Shown one piece after another: positions 58,952 through 64,000 of a stretch of 64,000 nt of DNA. The stretch is from positions 1 through 64,000 of IMG/VR virus record IMGVR_UViG_3300009095_000011; one strand, given 5' to 3'. Made by a program: the position numbers and the translations under genes. Below the pieces are notes generated by a model that worked only from the letters and a program-made list of their open reading frames with translations, was not told where the DNA came from and did not search any database. Positions within the stretch are counted from its first letter, which is position 1. Each line of letters starts with the position of its first letter. The stretch comes from a virus (Duplodnaviria > Caudoviricetes).

Positions 58952-61900
58952 TTAAATGATTTCTACTTTAGTATTCTCATTGGAATGAAGAACGTTACAT
59001 TTCTTCCATCCATCATGTTTGATAATTCCTTTTATAAAGATAATGCTTTTTTCTGCATTTTTCAAGACTTTTTTATACTTTTCATATTCTTCATTCCATA
59101 ATGTAAAATGAATCATTTCACTATTTACATTGATATCTATCTGGACAAATTTGCCACGTTTGGATTTTCTTTCAATGATCTTTTCAATTACTCCACTAAC
59201 TACTATTTCCTGCCCTATGCTTTCCTCCTGATTAAATCTTAAAAGATCTATGAGGGAATTTGATTCACTTGCAAAAGAAGATGACTGAATGAGTTCTTTA
59301 TAGTTAATATACCCCAATCCTGTCAATTCAAGACTTTTCAATATCCACCAATGATTTTTCCAAATATTATTGAAATCATTAAATTCTTCTGGTAAATCTT
59401 CTTTTATAATTTCCTCATAATATTCCCTCAATATCTTAATTCTGTCAGATTCTTGTTTGACATTATAAAGCTCATCAAAAGCACCTGCAAGAATGAGATT
59501 AGTAATTGCTCGTTTATTTACTGTTCGCTTATCTACGCGATCAAATAAGTCTTTTACAGAGAAGAAATTACCTTTATTGTTTCTTTCTTCTATGATCTTC
59601 TCAACTGCTTTTTCACCTACCCATTTAACAGAAACAAGTGACCAATATATTTTTTTCTTGTCAAAGTCTGGTTTAAAATATTCTCCCGAATGATTGATAT
59701 CTGGCTGAGATACCATTACCTCTCCCAATCGATTCATTTCGGCTATAATTTGAGGCTTAGTGGAATCATCAGCATATTGCAGGGCTACATTATAGAATGC
59801 CACAGGGTAATGAGCCTTTAGGTACATTGTGGTATATCCTAAAATCGTATAACAAGCAGCATGGGAGTAATTGAATGAATACTGACCAAAGCTTTCAAAC
59901 ATATTCCATATATGTTCAGCTTCTTCTTTCGGGCAACCATTTTTTATTGCACCTTCAATAAATTGTGGCTTGTATGAATTTAAAAGTTCCTGATCTTTCT
60001 TACCTATACCCTTACGAATCATATCGGAATCAGCAAGGGAAAATCCCGCAAGATCAACGCAAGCCCTCATCACTTGCTCCTGGTATGCTAAAATTCCATA
60101 AGTTTCTTTTGTGATTTCCTCAAGTCCCCAAAGATATTCAGGTAATCTTTCACCATTTTTTATTTTTATATAATCAATATGTGACCCCGTACCCATTGCG
60201 CCTGGACGATAAAGAGCATTGGCGGCAATAAGATCATTTAACTTATCAGGCCTCATATCCATAAGAAAACCAGTCATGCCACCGCCACTGAATTGAAACA
60301 CATCAGCAGTGTACCCATCATTAAACATCCAGAATACTTTCTTATCATCAAGTGGAATATTTTGAAAATTATATTCCTTACCATATTTTTCTTTAACTAT
60401 TTTAAATATATCTCCAACTTTATCAAGTTGAGAAAGTCCAAGTATATCTTCTTTCAGAAATCCAAGTTTATCTAATACAGTCCCACTATATTCACTTACT
60501 ATAATTCCATCCTCTTTTCTTACAGGTATCCAATCCCATACTTCAATTTCATTACCCTCTTCATCTACATGTGGGAAAATTATAATAGCAGAAGCATGAA
60601 TTGATTTATTACGAATTACATTGTTAACTAATGGAAGATCATTTACAACTTCAATATTTTCTTTTATGAACTTTTTAAGAACTGTAACCTCCTGTGAATA
60701 TTTAAACAATTCAGTAATATTTTGTGGTTCATCGGCAACTTTCTTTGGGAATGTTCCTGTAATATAATTGATAGTCTGAAAATCAGTACCATTTTCTTTA
60801 GCAAGTTCCTTTAATGCACTTTTTATTTTTAATAATCCCCATGTGCCAACATAAGCAGTATGATTGTATCCATATTTCTGAACTATATATTGTTTAATTT
60901 TTTCTCGTCCCTCACTGGAAAAATCTATATCCACATCAGGCAATCCCTTAGTTACCCTTGCACTATTAAGAAACCTATCAAAAGGTAAGTTATATTCAAG
61001 TGGATCAATCATTGTAACATTCATCAAGTAAAGACAAAGAGATGATGCAGCAGAACCACGACCTAAATTTCTCATTATGCCTCTCTTATCTGCCTCTCTA
61101 CAAATATCATAGGTAATAAGAAAGTATTCTCTATATCCTCCTAAATCAATTACACTTGTTTCATATTCAATGCGGTCTAAATATTTTTGATCATTCTCCT
61201 TGCCTATTCTTATCAATCCTTTCATGATAAGATTGTCGAACATATTATTTGTAGTTCCATATTGTTCTTTCTCTTCATCTGTCATAATATACTTAGGCAG
61301 ATGAAGTTTTCCGGTTTCTATTTCAAACTTGCACTTATCAGCTATTTTAACGCTGTTCTCAGCACTTTGAGCGAATATGTCATATAATCTATCATCTTCA
61401 CCTTTAAATAGCTTAGAGAGGCTAAAAAACAGTTCATCAATGCTCTTGAAATGTTGGTCGTCGCTTGCGTAGCTAAATGGTACTTTGCCGATCTTTGCAA
61501 GTTTTGGTTTTATATGAGCATGAGATTTATCAAGATAGTAACTGTCACTCATTAATACAGGAGGACAGATAGGATAAAGTTCATGAAGATATTGTTTAAG
61601 GTTTAGCAAGTGCTCTTTATCTCGCTCATTGGATTTATATTCAACTGGATCGAATTGAAAATATATGTCTTTGAATTGTTTACTAAATTTGTAGAATACT
61701 GCTTTATTAAAATAATTTATGCTATCGGGAGGAATCACAAGGATGAGACCAGATGATCTTTCGAGTAGTTCTTTTTCAACAATAAATCCATCATTATCTA
61801 CTTTAATTGCTTTATTGATCCTTAAAAGGTTTTGCCATCCTGTTTTATTCTTTACATATAGTTTTACAAGGTAAGTTGCTTTGCTCTGTACTGTGGCTGT

Positions 61901-62095
61901 CATTCCTAATGAATAACCTATTTGTGCTTTCTTGCAAGCTTCCTGGAATGATAATGTTCCTCCTAATGTATTATGATCACATATTCCAAGATGATCTATT
62001 CCTAAGAATTTAGCTTTCTTTATGTAATCTTTATGTTCTCTTGTTCCTGAACATATTTCGTATTTAGAATGAATAGCAAGGTGAGAGTAGTTCAT
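58952..62095 (-). CDS. dnaE: DNA polymerase III alpha subunit
   Basis: PHP domain (HLAIHS, CDHNTLGG), GRGSAA, PDVDIDF, KEDILGL, YQEQVM, FNYSHA, C-terminal OB fold. Confidence 0.95.
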   Translation of the reverse strand: MNYSHLAIHSKYEICSGTREHKDYIKKAKFLGIDHLGICDHNTLGGTLSFQEACKKAQIGYSLGMTATVQSKATYLVKLYVKNKTGWQNLLRINKAIKVDNDGFIVEKELLERSSGLILVIPPDSINYFNKAVFYKFSKQFKDIYFQFDPVEYKSNERDKEHLLNLKQYLHELYPICPPVLMSDSYYLDKSHAHIKPKLAKIGKVPFSYASDDQHFKSIDELFFSLSKLFKGEDDRLYDIFAQSAENSVKIADKCKFEIETGKLHLPKYIMTDEEKEQYGTTNNMFDNLIMKGLIRIGKENDQKYLDRIEYETSVIDLGGYREYFLITYDICREADKRGIMRNLGRGSAASSLCLYLMNVTMIDPLEYNLPFDRFLNSARVTKGLPDVDIDFSSEGREKIKQYIVQKYGYNHTAYVGTWGLLKIKSALKELAKENGTDFQTINYITGTFPKKVADEPQNITELFKYSQEVTVLKKFIKENIEVVNDLPLVNNVIRNKSIHASAIIIFPHVDEEGNEIEVWDWIPVRKEDGIIVSEYSGTVLDKLGFLKEDILGLSQLDKVGDIFKIVKEKYGKEYNFQNIPLDDKKVFWMFNDGYTADVFQFSGGGMTGFLMDMRPDKLNDLIAANALYRPGAMGTGSHIDYIKIKNGERLPEYLWGLEEITKETYGILAYQEQVMRACVDLAGFSLADSDMIRKGIGKKDQELLNSYKPQFIEGAIKNGCPKEEAEHIWNMFESFGQYSFNYSHAACYTILGYTTMYLKAHYPVAFYNVALQYADDSTKPQIIAEMNRLGEVMVSQPDINHSGEYFKPDFDKKKIYWSLVSVKWVGEKAVEKIIEERNNKGNFFSVKDLFDRVDKRTVNKRAITNLILAGAFDELYNVKQESDRIKILREYYEEIIKEDLPEEFNDFNNIWKNHWWILKSLELTGLGYINYKELIQSSSFASESNSLIDLLRFNQEESIGQEIVVSGVIEKIIERKSKRGKFVQIDINVNSEMIHFTLWNEEYEKYKKVLKNAEKSIIFIKGIIKHDGWKKCNVLHSNENTKVEII

Positions 62096-62550
62096 GAATT
62101 TATCTTTTCAATAAAAATTATATCAGAAGTGTTAATTTCTTTATTATTCAAATTAACAATATTGGGAAATAAGCTACTAACTATTTTAATAGATCCACCC
62201 TCACCATCAATCCAACTTGAACTTAATTGTTTTAAAATTCCACTCTTTGCCTCAATCGTATTATGAATTGTCTTATAATGATAGATATATTCGTTAGTAA
62301 AGCAATCAAATGGAAGGTGATTCAAAGCTTTTAGTCGAGATAATTTTTTAGGATGAATTTTGCTATTTATTCTTCCTAATCCAGTATGCAATTCTTTATT
62401 AATAATATAGTCTGAATTAATAAGATTTTTAGGATAAGTAATGGTATTTTTTATAAAATATTCATTATACCATACATTTACTTCCAATTTGCCATTTAAT
62501 AAACGTATGGCAGACCAACCTATTGGTAATTTTTTAAACATTTCTCTCAT
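62092..62550 (-). CDS. Hypothetical protein
   Basis: Start reassigned to MREMF (TGATG overlap); stop overlaps the dnaE ATG. Confidence 0.5.
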   Translation of the reverse strand: MREMFKKLPIGWSAIRLLNGKLEVNVWYNEYFIKNTITYPKNLINSDYIINKELHTGLGRINSKIHPKKLSRLKALNHLPFDCFTNEYIYHYKTIHNTIEAKSGILKQLSSSWIDGEGGSIKIVSSLFPNIVNLNNKEINTSDIIFIEKINS

Positions 62551-62921
62551 CACAATTGACTTTTGGCCTTTCCTAAATATTTTAATGGGTTTAATTGAGG
62601 TTCTTGATCTTTGTTGTAGAAGTACCAATTGCCTCCGAATTTAAAAGCAAAGAACTGAACTATATCAGCTAATGTTTGCTCCATGTCATCTAAGATAAGA
62701 TGAAATGATTGGTCGAATAGATGGGATTGTATTTCTTGTTCAATTTGAACTTGCTTTGGTTCAATTATAAGGAAATAACCTACATCTTTGATTTCAAATA
62801 TTTTGTCAGGAAATTCTTCTACAAAGGAATAGTTGAGAGAATTTTCCTCAAGCCAGTCTACGATTTTCATGGGTTGCAATTTAAAATGGCAAATCGAAAA
62901 TAAAATCTTCATCTTGCTCAA
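62550..62921 (-). CDS. Hypothetical protein
   Basis: Likely start MKIVDW; in the dnaE operon. Confidence 0.55.
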   Translation of the reverse strand: MSKMKILFSICHFKLQPMKIVDWLEENSLNYSFVEEFPDKIFEIKDVGYFLIIEPKQVQIEQEIQSHLFDQSFHLILDDMEQTLADIVQFFAFKFGGNWYFYNKDQEPQLNPLKYLGKAKSQL

Positions 62922-63216
62922 TGGAGTTGGTATCGTTGATTTTGTTTTCTAATTCTTTGAAAGCTTTATCTAAATTTCTACTTTTAAACCAATTAAGGCC
63001 GTCAACATAAAGAGAATATTCTATATAATATTCAGATCCTGTTTCTTTTGAATGTACTATTTTTTCTACTCGAAATGAATAATACCTTCCATTTGCCAAT
63101 TTAGACAATCTTTTGTCTATTTCAGTGAAAGTATTAGTGATATTGGATATTCTCAATAACCAATAAGCAAATTTTTTAATTAATCTTTTCATGGGTTTTA
63201 CAATTTTTATTTAAAG

Positions 63217-63765
63217 TTATAAAATTCTTGCAATATGATCAAGAGAAACTTTTCTACATTTCTCTTCGCCTTTGGCTTTTATTACTGCTATATTATTTTT
63301 TCTATCAACATTTACAAGAACTCCCACAATGGCACTATCATCTTCCTGCTTGATTCTTATGTCAGTATCTTTCATAAAGTAATTATAAAAATCCTGAGAT
63401 GCAAATGATTCCCTATGTTGCTCATCTTTATAATGAAAATCAGGAAAGCCCCATCCATCTCTATATATCTTAGATGCAACCCTTTGTTTTTCCTTACTAT
63501 CAATAAAGATATTAGGTAATGCAGGATTTCGACTACATATGTCTTGAATCTTATTTTTCTTATGAAACATTACCCTTTCTTTGTAATATTTCTTATCGTT
63601 GACATTAGGGTATATCTTAGATCTCAATTCAGCAGATATATATTCAATTTGCAAAATCTCTAAAAATTCTAAGATTGGTAAGTCTCTGGTTTTTTCTACT
63701 TTATTTTCGCTGGACATTAAAAATGAAACAATTCGTTTCCATACTACAGTTATATTCTTTGCCAT
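63217..63765 (-). CDS. Hypothetical protein
   Basis: Intact ORF, likely start MSSEN. Confidence 0.55.
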   Translation of the reverse strand: MAKNITVVWKRIVSFLMSSENKVEKTRDLPILEFLEILQIEYISAELRSKIYPNVNDKKYYKERVMFHKKNKIQDICSRNPALPNIFIDSKEKQRVASKIYRDGWGFPDFHYKDEQHRESFASQDFYNYFMKDTDIRIKQEDDSAIVGVLVNVDRKNNIAVIKAKGEEKCRKVSLDHIARIL

Positions 63766-64000
63766 AAGAATTGTACAATTTTTTTAAAGATTATCAATGA
63801 AAAAATCAAAAGGAGATTTAATATTATTTAGTGCTTTCTCTAATTGATCATAACTGCAATCGCCTGGATCATTATTTCCTGCAATAGTGGTTATGTTGGT
63901 ATTGAAGTATAAATCTAATTCAAAGGAAATTGGCTTTATCTTACTGACTACATCGTTATCAAAAAGTAAGATGGTATTCTTAATGTTGGGCTTGGATCTT

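Noticed and set aside
6083-63787. Plus-strand ORFs in the track (e.g. 21049-21822, 24346-24789, 14521-14886)
   Set aside because: Almost all are antisense shadows of well-supported minus-strand genes and have no recognisable motifs.

Overview
AT-rich (about 30% GC by eye) segment of a large tailed dsDNA phage. Nearly all real genes are on the minus strand, tightly packed, and read in the standard genetic code. Recurrent TTTG-N~20-TAnnTTT(G/A) promoters point to a Bacteroidota host (inference). Modules from left to right: glycosyltransferase/methyltransferase/sulfotransferase cluster (0.2-6.9 kb); head morphogenesis protein; Pnkp + RNA ligase RNA-repair module; holin-like genes and portal; DEDDh exonuclease; a structured non-coding locus with a remodelled tRNA-like RNA (19.3-20.2 kb); terminase flanked by two TerS-like paralogs; phosphoesterase, SF1 helicase, RNase H, RuvC-like resolvase, SbcCD, SSB; class II RNR with an intein; a duplicated IbrA/IbrB-like (PAPS-reductase/ParB) plus methyltransferase locus; dUTPase; DnaE. 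The most striking element is an integron-like system. A tyrosine recombinase (46621-47433) is followed by an attI-like site and four gene cassettes bounded by attC-like hairpins. A second, integrase-less array of five cassettes with the same attI-like motif lies at 31.4-33.7 kb, and a solo site at 27.6 kb. All cassette ORFs point towards attI (the reverse of classical integrons), and several start inside the attC loop. There are also two IS200/IS605-type non-autonomous elements. One carries a LAGLIDADG nuclease instead of TnpB, and its exact removal restores an interrupted gene. The other carries only a promoter and an omegaRNA-like stretch. All calls come from reading motifs by eye; no database searches or folding programs were run.
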